52,329 nt of DNA, taken from NCBI GenBank assembly GCA_963811105.1, contig CAWEPZ010000012.1, forward strand, positions 1 to 52,329, written 5' to 3'. Below, piece after piece: positions 10,669 through 22,429 of this stretch. Origin of the DNA: Candidatus Bathyarchaeota archaeon. Its GTDB lineage: Archaea; Thermoproteota; Bathyarchaeia; Bathyarchaeales; Bathycorpusculaceae. Below the pieces are notes generated by a model. That model was not told the origin of the DNA, ran no database searches, and was given only the letters and a program-made list of their open reading frames with translations. Position 1 is the stretch's first letter. Each line of letters starts with the position of its first letter. A program made the translations under genes and the position numbers.

Positions 10669-11142
10669 TCACTGCGAAGTTCCTGTGATGATTATGTTTG
10701 CGCTAAAACTTCCGCCAGGCGAATTAGCTACAGATGCTAAAGTCACATCGATTTTCTGCAGATTACCCGCTTGCACTTGCTGCCCTTGATAATTCCATGA
10801 AATCGTTAGGTATTGGCCGTATGTTGCTGGAACCCAGTTTGCAGTCGCTATCGCCAAAGTCATAGGCACGTTCCCAGTGTTCTTCACGTAGATTGACACA
10901 GTGATTGAAGATCCAGGCGCTACTTCTCCCCAGGTAATAGTGTTCAATGATGTTTGCCCGGTTGAGTCGCTAAATACTGCTATGTTGCCGATTGCAGTTA
11001 CAGATCCGGTGGAGCTGACGGTTTTTGAGAAAGTTACAGCTGCAAAAACACAGGTAGCTAAAAGCAAGAAACATAAGCCAACGATAGCGATCGCGGTGAA
11101 GAGTGCCTTAGATTTACTGATCATAGATGAGGATGAAGGCAA
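10669..11142 (-). CDS. Secreted/anchored Ig-like protein
   Basis: N-terminal TM; ITWGEVAPGSSITVSIYVKNTGNVPMTL. Confidence 0.65.
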   Translation of the reverse strand: MPSSSSMISKSKALFTAIAIVGLCFLLLATCVFAAVTFSKTVSSTGSVTAIGNIAVFSDSTGQTSLNTITWGEVAPGSSITVSIYVKNTGNVPMTLAIATANWVPATYGQYLTISWNYQGQQVQAGNLQKIDVTLASVANSPGGSFSANIIITGTSQ

Positions 11143-11473
11143 GAGAAACTTTCGCGGAAGCCAAAGCGGTCTTCAACACATTCAATTTACCCAGGCCATA
11201 AGACACCGGAGCATTCACTAGCAAGTTAAGGACTGCACCCATCGAAGCAGTAGCTAAAAAGACAAAGAGGCCGTTGTTTGGCGGCAAAGCATTATTGATG
11301 AAAAAGACCGGTAGGATTGCTACGGAAGCAATCGCTGAGATAAGCATCGTGAAGACATAGGATAGGTCGAAGCCCAGTTCTTTCTTGATTTTCTTCCATG
11401 CAAAATTGTAGAGTGTAATGAATATGGTGCCTGCTATTACGCCGAGTATTGCCATTAAGATTGAGTCATTCAA
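11114..11473 (-). CDS. Three-TM membrane protein (holin-like)
   Basis: Three hydrophobic helices; FDLSYVFTMLIS parallels FDVKYWATMALS of 11797..12093. Confidence 0.55.
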   Translation of the reverse strand: MNDSILMAILGVIAGTIFITLYNFAWKKIKKELGFDLSYVFTMLISAIASVAILPVFFINNALPPNNGLFVFLATASMGAVLNLLVNAPVSYGLGKLNVLKTALASAKVSLAFILIYDQ

Positions 11474-11525
11474 TTTTTTTCACCTCCCAAAAACATTAGT
11501 TTGTAATTGAAGAAACAGGCCAGAC

Positions 11526-11753
11526 TCAACGCTTGCTTTTGAGGATGAAGCATGCAAGCAGATACAATGCGTAAACAACGCCGACTACAGCTAACCCGCA
11601 TTCGCCAGTGCGAATCCACAGGTTATCCTCATAAACAACCAAGTGTTCCTGCGTAGAAATCATGTAGAAGGTCCAGCATAGAAAAAGGGCAGCGGCTAAA
11701 ACTGTAGAAAGCCCTAGAACATGAAAAGCATCCTCTAAAAGCTTAAGCGCCAA
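11526..11753 (-). CDS. Small two-TM membrane protein
   Basis: Two hydrophobic segments, basic tail; lysis-cassette position. Confidence 0.55.
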   Translation of the reverse strand: MALKLLEDAFHVLGLSTVLAAALFLCWTFYMISTQEHLVVYEDNLWIRTGECGLAVVGVVYALYLLACFILKSKR

Positions 11754-11796
11754 CCTTCTATCTCTCCATGATCAACCTAATTTAGACAGGCCTCAA

Positions 11797-12093
11797 CTAC
11801 TGCTTGGCCACGGTATCCACAGTTAAGTTCACAACAACGTTAGAAGCAAAGCCAGCTAGCAACGCAGAGACAGCGATGTACACAAGCGGCAAACCTTCAG
11901 GAATTGGGAAAACCATGAAGACGCCAAGTGCAGCAATCAAAGTTAGAATAATTGAGAGCGCCATCGTAGCCCAATACTTCACATCAAAACTAACTGGGCT
12001 TGAAGACTGTATGATTTTTGATAGAAACCGCACAAGTGTTTGAGCTAACGCACCAAGCACCACGCATGCTAGGACAATTAAAGCAACATCCAA
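11797..12093 (-). CDS. Three-TM holin-like protein
   Basis: 98 aa, three TM helices, downstream of the tail fibre, GAGGTGA RBS. Confidence 0.6.
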   Translation of the reverse strand: MDVALIVLACVVLGALAQTLVRFLSKIIQSSSPVSFDVKYWATMALSIILTLIAALGVFMVFPIPEGLPLVYIAVSALLAGFASNVVVNLTVDTVAKQ

Positions 12094-12247
12094 ACAGAAT
12101 CACCTCTCAAACAAAGTTAACATGAAATTTTAGCCATATTTCTGATTAATAACCAAAAAATACCTATATTCCGAATAGCTAGGGTTAGTCTTTGCTGGGG
12201 AATGGTATGCGTATGTTTTAGCGGGTTCCTCTGGAATCTATGGATGC

Positions 12248-12463
12248 TTATTTTTTGCCCCATTTCTTCTTAAGCGGCATCTTCTCATCGATGTGCTCAT
12301 GAAGCATCGATAGTTGCTTGTTTAACTCAACTAGTTCAAGCTGGAAGAGAATCTGCATTAACCTATCCATGGGGATGCTGCATTTTTGGGCTAAGGCTTC
12401 AAATTCGGAGTTAGAAGTTTTTATTTTTTCTTCCAAAGATATGTTTTCTGCCATGGTTATCAA
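12248..12463 (-). CDS. Small coiled-coil protein, possible tail-fibre chaperone
   Basis: Overlaps the fibre stop codon; helical content. Confidence 0.4.
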   Translation of the reverse strand: MITMAENISLEEKIKTSNSEFEALAQKCSIPMDRLMQILFQLELVELNKQLSMLHEHIDEKMPLKKKWGKK

Positions 12464-13305
12464 CTTGTTCTCATGATGAATGCTAAGGCGAAGAACGGTG
12501 GTTCAACTCCTGTGTGGTCACTGGCTTGAGTGACTGAATGAGCTGAGATTGAGTGGTCTGAAGGCTGAGTGAATCCGTGGTCATGTCCAGCTCCAGCGTT
12601 CGGTTCTGTTACGGTGTGGCTCCAAGCTCCATGAGCTGATGGCTGACTGAAAGCGTGGTCGTGCCCTTGACCTGCATTGGGCTCGTTGACGGTGTGAGTG
12701 AGTGTTGCGGTTGGGTTGCCTGTGTTGCCATGAGTCAAAGTTGAGGTGTTGTTTCCTGTGTTTCCATGGGTGTTAGTCGTCACCACGTTACCCGCTGAAG
12801 AACCCTGCTTAGTCGAGACAGACGTGTGGTTTGCTGACCCTGAGTGGACGTGGGTGGCGTGGTCTGCACTTCCTGAATGGACATGGCTTGCATGGTCGCT
12901 TACAGTCACTCCAGCTGTCCCTCTGGTTACTGAACCTCCAGAATGGCTCAAAGCTGCATGTTGGTCAAGAGTGACTCCAGCAGTTCCTCTCGACACGGCT
13001 CCGCCTGAATGAGAGAGATCCGAGTGAGCAGCAACCGAACAGCTAGAATGAGAATAAGTTGAGCCTCCACCTGTAGCACCAGGATTCTGCCCCGCAGCAG
13101 CACCCTTAACAAATTTGCTTTGTAAGTCGGGTGTTCCAGCGTCGCCGTCACAGAGATGCCAACCAGCAGGAATAGAAGCAAGAAGCCCACTCCACATGAT
13201 TATTCCGCCGACTGGAACAACACCTGAGCCAGGACCCATACCTGAACCCATAGCGGTTATTTCAGAGGCGTTGTAGTGGAGGGTTCCATGCTGTTTCGAT
13301 ACCAT
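12460..13305 (-). CDS. Tail fibre/needle protein with tail-collar domain and His-rich repeats
   Basis: VPVGGIIMWSG...IPAGWHLCDG..GTPDL..KFVKG (collar) and EPPFFALAFIMR closing motif; many HxH repeats. Confidence 0.85.
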   Translation of the reverse strand: MVSKQHGTLHYNASEITAMGSGMGPGSGVVPVGGIIMWSGLLASIPAGWHLCDGDAGTPDLQSKFVKGAAAGQNPGATGGGSTYSHSSCSVAAHSDLSHSGGAVSRGTAGVTLDQHAALSHSGGSVTRGTAGVTVSDHASHVHSGSADHATHVHSGSANHTSVSTKQGSSAGNVVTTNTHGNTGNNTSTLTHGNTGNPTATLTHTVNEPNAGQGHDHAFSQPSAHGAWSHTVTEPNAGAGHDHGFTQPSDHSISAHSVTQASDHTGVEPPFFALAFIMRTS

Positions 13306-13319
13306 ATCTTTTAGTCTCC

Positions 13320-15329
13320 TTAAGTGATTCCTTGAAGCTTCCTGTTGGTGTCGGCGAGGAGCTCAGCGATACTAAAGCCCTTATGCAAGCCGTTAATTGT
13401 GGTTCGGTAGCCTCCACTGGAAAAGCTGTAGTTAGTGGATTTCACGCTTATCTCCTCATTATCTAATCCTACATGGCTGCAATCGATGACGCATCGGTCG
13501 TACAGCTCAATTAAGAAGACTTCAGGTAGCTTAATGGGGATTTCTTGGAATGGGTCTTTCAGGGCAGCGAGGAGTTCCTCAGCTCTGCTTTGGACAGCGC
13601 CTGCAGAAGTCAAGTTCTCATCTGAGAAAGACCTCTCCCTCCTCCAGTAAGCTGCGATTGATGCGGCATCTTCAGCTGTGTATGAATCGGTGGCTCCGTT
13701 CACAGTGACTGAATTGATGATTTCATCTACAAGCCTGTTTGTGATGTCGAGGACATCTTCGGCTTCCCTCAGGACAAGGTTACTTTGGCTCTCTTCATCT
13801 TCAGCCCTTAAGAAGTGAAGGCACTTGTTGAAGTCTACATAAACTATGAAGCCATTCATTGAAGCGAGCTTCTGAATTAAGCTGCCAACCATTTCGCCGT
13901 CTGAATCAAGGCTTGTTTCTATGCCCTGCGCTACCCAGTCAGCTGTGAAGACTCCGCTGAAGTATTCGCTGATTAGGTACTGGACGATAGCTCCTGAATC
14001 CTCAGTTACCCAACTTTCATTGTGGGTTTCAAGGAAGTCCAATCTTCTGGCAAATCCCTTGTTTGAAGCGATGTCAAGAGTGCATGGCGGAAACCGCTTT
14101 TCAGGCGTGTCCAGGTTGCCTCTGAAGAGCAGGTAGAGTTTATGTTCCCATCCAGCTCGAATCTCGATTTCATCAACCACGCTTAAATCATGGTATTTGT
14201 GGTGGATGTTCTTGAGGCTGAGGCTAGCTGAAGGGTAACTGCCTTCTCGGTTGGAAACATTAAAGTCGATTACGTCTTCGGAAGCCATAATGAACTCTGC
14301 CCCGATGTTTGATGCTAACGATAACTTTGGTCTTTTTCGATGTAGGGCGAAACACTGAGAAGTCATCGACAAAGAATTCGGTGTAGGCTTCGTTCTGCTC
14401 TGTACTGTAGGCGGTGAAGAGGCTTCTGATAGTTCTTGACCTACTATTGTCAATATACATGGCGCCGTCGAAGGTGTAGCCTCCGCTTGTGAGAAGCCAA
14501 GTAACCTTAAGCATACCTTGTTCTTGGGTGAGGGTAAGTTTCAAGTGGTAAAGCAAGTCAGGTTCCCAAGATTCAGAATCAGTAGATACTCCTGAGCCTC
14601 CAGCATCGATGCTCCAGAAGTGAGTTTTACCAGAGCCAGAAACTAAGGCTTGAATAGACCACATAACTCTGCCATACAAGTTGCTGTCTTGAATGAAGCC
14701 ATCTCTGGGGTCAGGGGTGCATAGGGCAAATTGGAAGGCTCTGGGATCTTGACCGACTGCTTCCTTAATTTCGAAGTCAAAGTCGATAGTCATGGGTTGC
14801 TTAATTTCAGCTCTGGTTAAAGCAGAAATGAAGACTATCGCTGTTGGCTTCGCCTGAACCATTAATTTTGAAGTGCGCTCGATTAGAGAGGGTTTCACAG
14901 TATTTCTGTCCATAATGGGTGCCAGCGTTCTCTTGATTGTAACCCAAAAAGATTATCCAGCGCCCCCGATGGAGAGGATGGTTGTCGCTGCCTTGAAAAT
15001 TGTCTTGGTCAACGCCTTCTGGGATTGGAAGAGGAGGGTACCATGACTGGGAGGTTTGGACTGTGATGTCGAGGACGTCTTCGTCTTCGCCTTCTCCGAC
15101 AATGAAGCCTGAACCACCTTCGCCAGGCACAATTGGGTTCTTCGGGAGAGTAGGCTCCTGCCCTCACCGTGTCCTTCTTGTAGTCTTCTTCGGTGGCTGA
15201 GTTTTTGCCTAAGGAGCCTGAAGGGGAGGTTCCGCTTGGTGGAGTATATTCGCCTGTTGTTTTTATTGAAGCATCGGTCGGGTTGTCAACTTTGGTTGTT
15301 TCCTGAGTTTTCTTTGGAGTCTCTGCCAT
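13320..15329 (-). CDS. Tail tip / baseplate-hub-like protein (joined from four frameshifted ORFs)
   Basis: ORFs 15009, 14807, 14260 and 13320 overlap in successive frames; hub-like C-terminus (LLFRGNLD...FIVYVDFNKCLHF...INSVTVNG...SIAAYWRRE). Confidence 0.7.
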
Positions 15330-15348
15330 CTCTGTCACTCAGGGTTTG

Positions 15349-16046
15349 TTAATCATCTGGGTTTTCAGTTAGTTCATCAGGATGTAATTGTTGGTAGCCT
15401 TCAGCTTTCTGGGTCATAGAGTAGTATATTGATTTCTGTGAACCCTCAGCTATGGTGCTTTGTCCAGTGACTTTGTGACCGTAAGCTGTTGGCCCAAGTT
15501 CAATAAACAAGACTTTCACGCCTGATTTGAGGTCGTTGGGAACAACAATGACATCCTGCAAGTCCCATGTAGAATCGTCTTTGATGGCTGCGTAGACTCG
15601 AATTGTGATGCCCTGAGCTAAATCCCTAAGAGAAACAGACATTATATATGAGTAGAGTTTCTGTTGGTCTGCCCAGCCTTCGGTGGTGAAGAAGGTCTTT
15701 TCATTAGTGTCGCTTGTCCAAGGCTGCGAAAAAGCATTGGAAACCGAACCATAGCTTGCAGGTTTTTGAGAGTTCCACGGATGACGTAAGAGAAGACTTT
15801 GTTGAACAAGGGGTTTACGCAGAAGCAATAAATGTAGTAGAATCCGCTTGGGGCGCCCCAGACTGTTGAGTAAACTCCGTTTCCGACATGGTTCATTGTT
15901 CCAGAATCATACTCAAGCCACTGTTCATCTCCAGCGTCATAACCATAAATGATGTATTGGACTGTTGCTGAAGTAATGATTTCGCCGTTGCTATCCAAAA
16001 CTTGAACTACAGTTTTGATATTTTCGCCGTCATAAACTACAGACAT
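15349..16046 (-). CDS. Virion-associated protein, paralog 3 (Ig-like N-domain plus variable C-domain; frameshifted)
   Basis: ORFs 15642..16046 and 15349..15828; N-domain VQVLDSNG...HVGNGVY...NPLFNKVFSY. Confidence 0.6.
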
Positions 16047-16062
16047 TTTTTGTTTATCTCCT

Positions 16063-16874
16063 TTAATCAGGGTACTCAGGGTGAAGTGAGTCCTTTCCTT
16101 TTTTAGCTAAAGCAAACGTAACGCAAATTGATTCGTTCGTACCGGGAGCATACCTACAACGCGCTTCGACTATGAACTCATTGCAGTGGATTGGAATCCC
16201 GCCAGTGTTAGTCCTTAAGATTGGAAGCTCAATTGCGCTGTTTCCTTCATCAGCGTTGCTTGCAGGGTTGTACACTTTGCGCAAGAACATCCCAATTTGA
16301 ATCGCTTGCCATGTACCTGACGTCCATGTGAAACCGTTTGCATTTGAACATTGCATCACTTCGTCATCAATTGTTATTCTAACTTCGATGTCTTTGGCTG
16401 CGCCTTCACCGTTGTACTGGAACATTAGAATGCCGATTATTTCGAAGTGTTCTGGGTCGTAGACGTTCATTGAGAAATATGTTGCTCGCTGGACTTCTTG
16501 CCATACGTCTTGAACGACGCCTGTCATGGCATAATTGTGGTTGTATCCGTCATAGAATTTGGTGACGTGATTTTGATTGAATTGGTTAAATGTTTGCTCT
16601 ATGTCTTCAACGAAGTAAGTGTAGGCTTCATGGAATTTTGGGTTGGTGCTGTAAGCGTAGAATGTGTATTCTCCTTGAAATGTTGGGGTAAAATAGGCGA
16701 TGTAGATGCCATCTCCCATGTGAGCCATCAAACCTGAAGTGAAGACTTCCCAAACTTCAGTTTCACCGTTAAAATTGTAAACTTTGTAGTTGACGACTGC
16801 GTCGGTTACTTTGTCTCCGCTTGAATTGAGGACTTGAACCATAGTGTTTATTGAGTTTCAGTTACGCGAGTCAT
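16063..16874 (-). CDS. Virion-associated protein, paralog 2
   Basis: VQVLNSSG...HMGDGIY...NPKFHEAYTY N-domain, then a C-domain with AAKDIEVRITID. Confidence 0.6.
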
Positions 16875-16885
16875 GTTTATTCTCC

Positions 16886-17627
16886 TTAATCGAGGTTATC
16901 GATAACAGCGCCTTTCTTGCTGACCGTCACAGCTCCAGTGAGGAACTGGTTGGTGCCGTTGGCGGAAGTGATTTGCATTTCGAGCTTGAACCTTTTCCGC
17001 TCTATGTGCTTGGTATAGTGGTAATGCTGGTAATCAGCGTCGTCGGTGTCGTAGCCTTGCTTAGCCGCTGGCAAAACACCGTTGCCTTCCCCAGCAAACA
17101 CAAAGGCGAATGTGCCTTGAGTCTGCATTACGAGGTAAACTGGAGTTGAAGATGGGGCTCCGTCGATTGTGCCTCCAAACATTGAATGCTCGTCTGTTAT
17201 GCGCCATTCGATGTTTTTGGCTGCTACATCGCTGTTGACTTGGATTATAGAAGCCTCTTCGAGCTGTAATATGCCTTCGAGGTCGCAGACGGTGTACCAT
17301 TGGTTTTGGGTGGGTGCTGAAATCTGGTTGATTTGGTTATTGATTTTCTCCCACATTCGATCTTCGCCTGAGACATGGTATATGAAGGCTTTGCTGAATT
17401 TGGGGTTGCTGCAGGAGAAGATGACTGTCCAGTCGCCTGCTTCGTCGGGGTGAATTTGAGTGTAGTAGATGCCGTCGCTGAGGTAGGTGGCTGCCCATGT
17501 GCCATCCCAATCTTGAGCCTGAGGGGTCAAGGACTTTAACTGAAACTGAAGCTCCAGTGACGGGGTCGCCGTTGGCGTCTATCACATGGACTTTGGCATC
17601 AAGGGTGTTTCCGACATATCTTGGCAT
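16886..17627 (-). CDS. Virion-associated protein, paralog 1 (frameshifted near 17510)
   Basis: VHVIDANG...YLSDGIY...NPKFSKAFIY N-domain; C-domain with AAKNIEWRITDE. Confidence 0.6.
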
Positions 17628-18429
17628 TTACTCATACACTCCGAAATCGTCTATCATAATACTCATTGTTTGGTTAGAGTTCAAGCTCAATTCAACGCGG
17701 AACTGCCATATCTGGCTGAAGTTGTAAGTCTGGAAATTCGTAAACTCGCTCTTATGGATTAGCATGCGATACCACACATTGGGCAAGAGAAGCTTGCTCT
17801 GGAAGTAAGCGTAACTATACTCATCGTCATTGTCGAGGCGTATTGAAGCCTGGTTGATGTAGGTGACTGCGCTAACTTGAAACCAAAAAGCGAGGTACTC
17901 AACTGAGCTTAAATCTACTGGGTCACTTGGCTCGAAGTGAAAGCTCAAAATAGTCTCCATTAACGATTGTGTTTTTGAGGTAGAAGTCGCCTTCCTTAGG
18001 CTCTGGGCTATCATACTCGTTGGTGAGGTCGCCTGAGTCAGCATACCACCCCACTTGATCTTCGCAATCGCTAATAGATTTGAAGAGACTCTCTTTCAAA
18101 GCGAGGTTGTAGCCGAGGAAATCCCCAACAACTTTCCCAAGAGAAACATTGTTGAGGTAAGCGATTGTTGCAAGGTGGTTGCTTTCAAGCTTCAAACTTC
18201 GCCCAATCATGCGGATGCGGTCAAACTGCTGAAAATAATCAAACCGAGAATCCCCAACAAAGGTGCCTGCAAGACTAATCTGCGCCGATTGACTACCCAA
18301 ACCCTGACGGCTTGCTCCCCTTGCCAAAGGAATATCCACAGATCCATCCCGCTCCACACGATTAAACTGCAGATCCGTTACAGTGCCAAGTTGAATCGGA
18401 CGTGTTCCAGCCTTCAAAGTTATAGTCAA
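17628..18429 (-). CDS. Distal-tail-like protein fused to a CBM-like domain (frameshifted)
   Basis: First gene after TMP; RQGLGSQSAQISLAGTF, then DLSSVEYLAFWF...NVWYRMLI...IMIDDF. Confidence 0.6.
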
Positions 18430-18435
18430 ATCAAA

Positions 18436-21321
18436 TCATCCCTGAGTGAAGAAAGTTTTAGACTTCATATCATTCCGAATAAGGCTGTTCATTTCGTCAA
18501 GGAGTTCCCTGGCCATCTGCCGCGGATTCTGAACCATACCTGGCGAAGCATTCACAGTTATGTTTGGGCTAAAAACAAAAGTTTGATTCGAAGTTCAGCT
18601 CTCAGAATTAAATTTGTTGAGTGGAATAACTGCTTCAGGACCCGCCTCACCAATCAAAGCAAAAGTAGGCTCAGTAACAATGCCGCCTTCTGCTAATCCA
18701 GGAGGCTTATTCGCATTCTGATAAGCCATCGCTTGATTATACTGAGCCTGAGTAATCTGATGCGAACTTAATGCTTGAGCAAAAGCCGCGTTCTGAGCAT
18801 TCCAACTGAGCTTGAGCAGCCAAATTATTTGCCTGGGTGATTCTGGAATTGAATAGCAGTCGCATATTGCTCAGCCGTAATTTTCCCCGAATTAAGAGCA
18901 GATTGAAAAACAGCGTTTTGATTATTAATTTTATCCATAGCAGCCTGAATAGTGTCAGCAATGTTAACCCATTGACTCTGAGTATCAGCAAGGCAAGAAG
19001 CATTCATGTCAGCTATGATGCGTTTCTTCTCTTCAGCTGAAATATTCATATTCCCATTAATTTGGGCTTCAATCTGGGCAAGCATCTGCTTCTTAGTTTC
19101 AGCCGCAACCTTTCAGACTCAGCTATCTCATTAGCTTTCTCGTTAGCCAAAGAAACTAACTCATTATAATGCGCCGTCTGCAACGTCGGTATATTGGTCT
19201 GCTGCAGCTTTCAAATCAGCATTCTTCTTGTTTTCGATAGCAGTTACTTGAGTTGACTCATTATTCTTTAATGATAAAATAGCAGCTGTCAACGCTTGAA
19301 AGTCAGTTTGGGTAATCTGGCTATACTGTTGCTGCGCAACTTGCAGATCCGCATTCTTCTTAACTTCAATTCCAGCTATCGCAGTGGCTTCATTTGTTTT
19401 GATACTTGTTAAAGCTGCTTCGCGTTCAGTTGAAATTGTGACAGAAGCATCTTTATTTTCCTTCTCCATCTGCAACTCTTTTAATCGATAAGAATCAGTG
19501 AGAACGCTTCTTTCATCATTATAAGCCTTAGAAAGAGCAGTTTTCTGCTTCTGATATTCCTCATCACTGAACTAACCCAGCAGCGTGAGCTTGCTCAAGA
19601 GAAACCTTCTCCTCAAGCATCAAAAGCTCCATATTATCAAAGTCTGCTTCTCTAGATGCCCTAAGCTGAGCTAACCCCGCATCTGTAGCAGCTTGCAATC
19701 CATCATAGAAAGCATTTGCTTCATCAATCAGGGTTTCATAAGAGGCTTGGGTATCACTGATTTCCTGGTCATAATGAGATGTAATTGTTCCCTGAACCTT
19801 ATCTAATTCAGTGTTAGAAACACCAAATTTAGTATCCCAAAACGCGGCGAAATCAGATAGTTCCTTATCGTAGGCAGACTGCAAAACATCAATCTGCTTC
19901 TGAGTTGAATCCTGAACAGCCTTGACTTGCTTGTCATAGAACTCCGTGATTTTCTGATCTACCTTTTGCAGCTCAGACTCTGTGATACTAAGCTTTTTGT
20001 CCCAGTAAGCATTGAAAGCCGCTATATCCTCTTCATATGCTTTGTTTTCAGCGTCAACAGCTTCCTGGTTCTTAGCAATGATAGTTTCAAGTTGCTTGCT
20101 TAAGGCTTCATCAACCTTCGCAGTCATAGAATCATATTTGTCTGCGGTAAAAGTTCTCCATCACAGATAAGCCGTTTTTAGTGGATTCCTCAGCAGCCTT
20201 CATCAAATCATTGTATTCTTCTATTTCTTGCGCCAACAGCATTAATGGCGCCGCCGATCACGCCAGCAAACCAACCGAAGGCATCGCCAACAGCTTTCAC
20301 GGGTCCAGCAAGCCAACCAAGTTTCTCACCAGCCAATTAATAGCTCTCATAAAAGTGCCAACTATGAAGTTGCCAAGCGGCACAAGGATGTTATTCCAAA
20401 GCCACTCCAAGCGCACTTTTAAACCATTCAACAGCTTTGCCAAGTCCCTCACCAATAGCTTTGCCCAGGGCATCAACAGCATCCTTGAAGGGCTGACAAT
20501 AATTATAAGCAAGAATCAACGCAGCCACTAAAGCAGCGATAGCAGCAACAACCCAAACAATCGGATTCGCCAACAACGCAGAATTCAAACCCCACGTTGC
20601 AACTGTTAAAGCGCCAGTTGGAACTAACAGCAGCAGTCTTCGCAGCTGCACCAATACCTTCAGCAACAGCTTCAGCTTGCGTTGCTCCGCAATGATTCCT
20701 TTAACTGCCGATAAACTGGTGACGACACCAATCACTGCAGGAATAATGGACAATGCAGTCTGCATGTAAGTCTGGTTAAGATCATCGCTTACAATTTTTT
20801 GCGCGTTCAATGCTAACATTATGGGCTTCCTCAGCAATCCGCAGCTTATCTTGAGCATCTTTTGCTTGTTCACTTCCAGCACCATACTTCGTTGTTGTCT
20901 CAGTCAAATCTTTCTGAGCCTGATCCAGCTTCTCAGCAGACCGCTGCACATTCAAATTCGCTTTCTCAGATGCTAACTGAGCTTTCTCGACACGGTCAAA
21001 AGACAAAGCCAAAGTTACCCCAGACGACGCCAACGTGATTAACAGCGCGTCACCTGCTGCGTAAGAGACATCGAAGCCTTCTTAGTTGACGCATCAACTT
21101 TCTCAGTGGATTCCGCAACTTTCCCATATTGAGCATTAATCTCGTTAACCTGGCCACTAGCATCCTCGTAGGCTTTACCCATATTATTAGTCGATTGCCG
21201 TCACTTGCTTAGTGGAATCATCAATCTTCGTTAAAGAACCCGTCAAATTGGAGTTTACACTAGATATCGTTGAACTAGCCTCATCAAAAGCTTTCAAGTG
21301 CAACTCGATGGTTTGACTCAA
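18436..21321 (-). CDS. Tape measure protein (many frameshifts)
   Basis: Start LSQTIELHLKAFDEASSTI; ANPIVWVVAAIAAL; C-terminal LAEGGIVTEPTFALIGEAGPEAVIPL; Ala-rich helical repeats. Confidence 0.85.
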
Positions 21322-21331
21322 AGTTTATTCC

Positions 21332-21893
21332 TTAACCTTTTCTGTTTCCAATACCAGCAAAGCCAGCCCTCTAAATAGCGGATTTGAAAAGGAGACATTT
21401 CCCCAATATACTCAAGGGTGTAACCGAATTCATGGGCGATTAACCCGATGTTTTGCGCAGTTACGTTTACGTTGATCCATTCTTCGACGTCTGCGGCGCT
21501 TGCCGCTGGTTTGCTTGATAAAAAAAACTGCCTTCACCCTGCAACTTCACCAAAAGCCGCACAACAACCTCATAGGGCATCGCTCTGACATCATCAACAG
21601 TCAACCCTTTTGAAGCCGGCGCCAACTGCCTAAAGAGGATCTGCACACTGCGCTCCTGGTTATCCGCATGCTTCGCAACAATCTCCTGCAAATCATTATA
21701 ACTCAGCATAGTATAGCGGATAGTGCCCAGGTCTTCATCGTAAACTTCCCTTATCATCTTTGCTTTGCAACAATATCTTTGGGGTCAAAAACCAAAGCTT
21801 TCTTCAGTTTCTCCTCAGTGTATTCGTTTGCTGCATCCTGCATTTCGTAATTTTAGCCCAATCAATTTCTCCAGTTTGTATTTTTTCAGCCAT
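21332..21893 (-). CDS. Tail assembly chaperone G and -1 frameshift product GT
   Basis: G stops at 21467. T8 run at 21520-21527; the -1 frame stays open to 21332 (…IGLIAHEFGYTLEYIGEMSPFQIRYL…). Confidence 0.7.
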
Positions 21894-21959
21894 ATATTTT
21901 TCACCTCACATTAACGTTAACTAGTAAATTTGCCTAAAGAAACAGGGAAAAAAGGTGGT

Positions 21960-22384
21960 ACAGCCAAAAGCTTACCAGGTTGAATGCACTGGTGCCGCAG
22001 TAATGTCGATGTGATCTTCTTAATCGTTATAGCAGACAACTTCACAGTAGTAGAAACCTTCGAAATAATGCCCGTGTATGTGTCTTTTGGGTTTCCGCCG
22101 CTGCTGCCAACTGGACCACAGATCACTGTGACTGGCGCCATCGCTTCAAACAACGATTCAATTGTGTTATCAGCGTATAAGCTATCGATGTCGATTGTGC
22201 CTTGTTTTTGTCCAGCTGCAGATACTGCGGGCCAACCTGTACTTGGTGTACCTGAAGGCTCCAACACATATTCTTTGATGACGCTGACGCTTTCGTTGAC
22301 GCTGTAGCCTTGCGCATAAGCCATTGTGGTGCTGTTCAAGTTGAACTATAGCGATTCTGCCCACTTGTGGGACGTATTAGCCAT
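21960..22384 (-). CDS. Major tail (tube) protein (frameshifted)
   Basis: GRIAIVQLNSTTMAYAQGYSVNES...GQKQGTIDIDSLY...YTGIISKVS; located before chaperone and TMP. Confidence 0.7.
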
Positions 22385-22429
22385 TTTTCTTGTTTTCCTC
22401 CAATTATTGTTTTTTGTAACTTTTCGTTA

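Noticed and set aside
12460-17627. Diversity-generating retroelement targeting tail proteins
   Set aside because: No reverse transcriptase and no TR/VR pair differing at adenines was seen.
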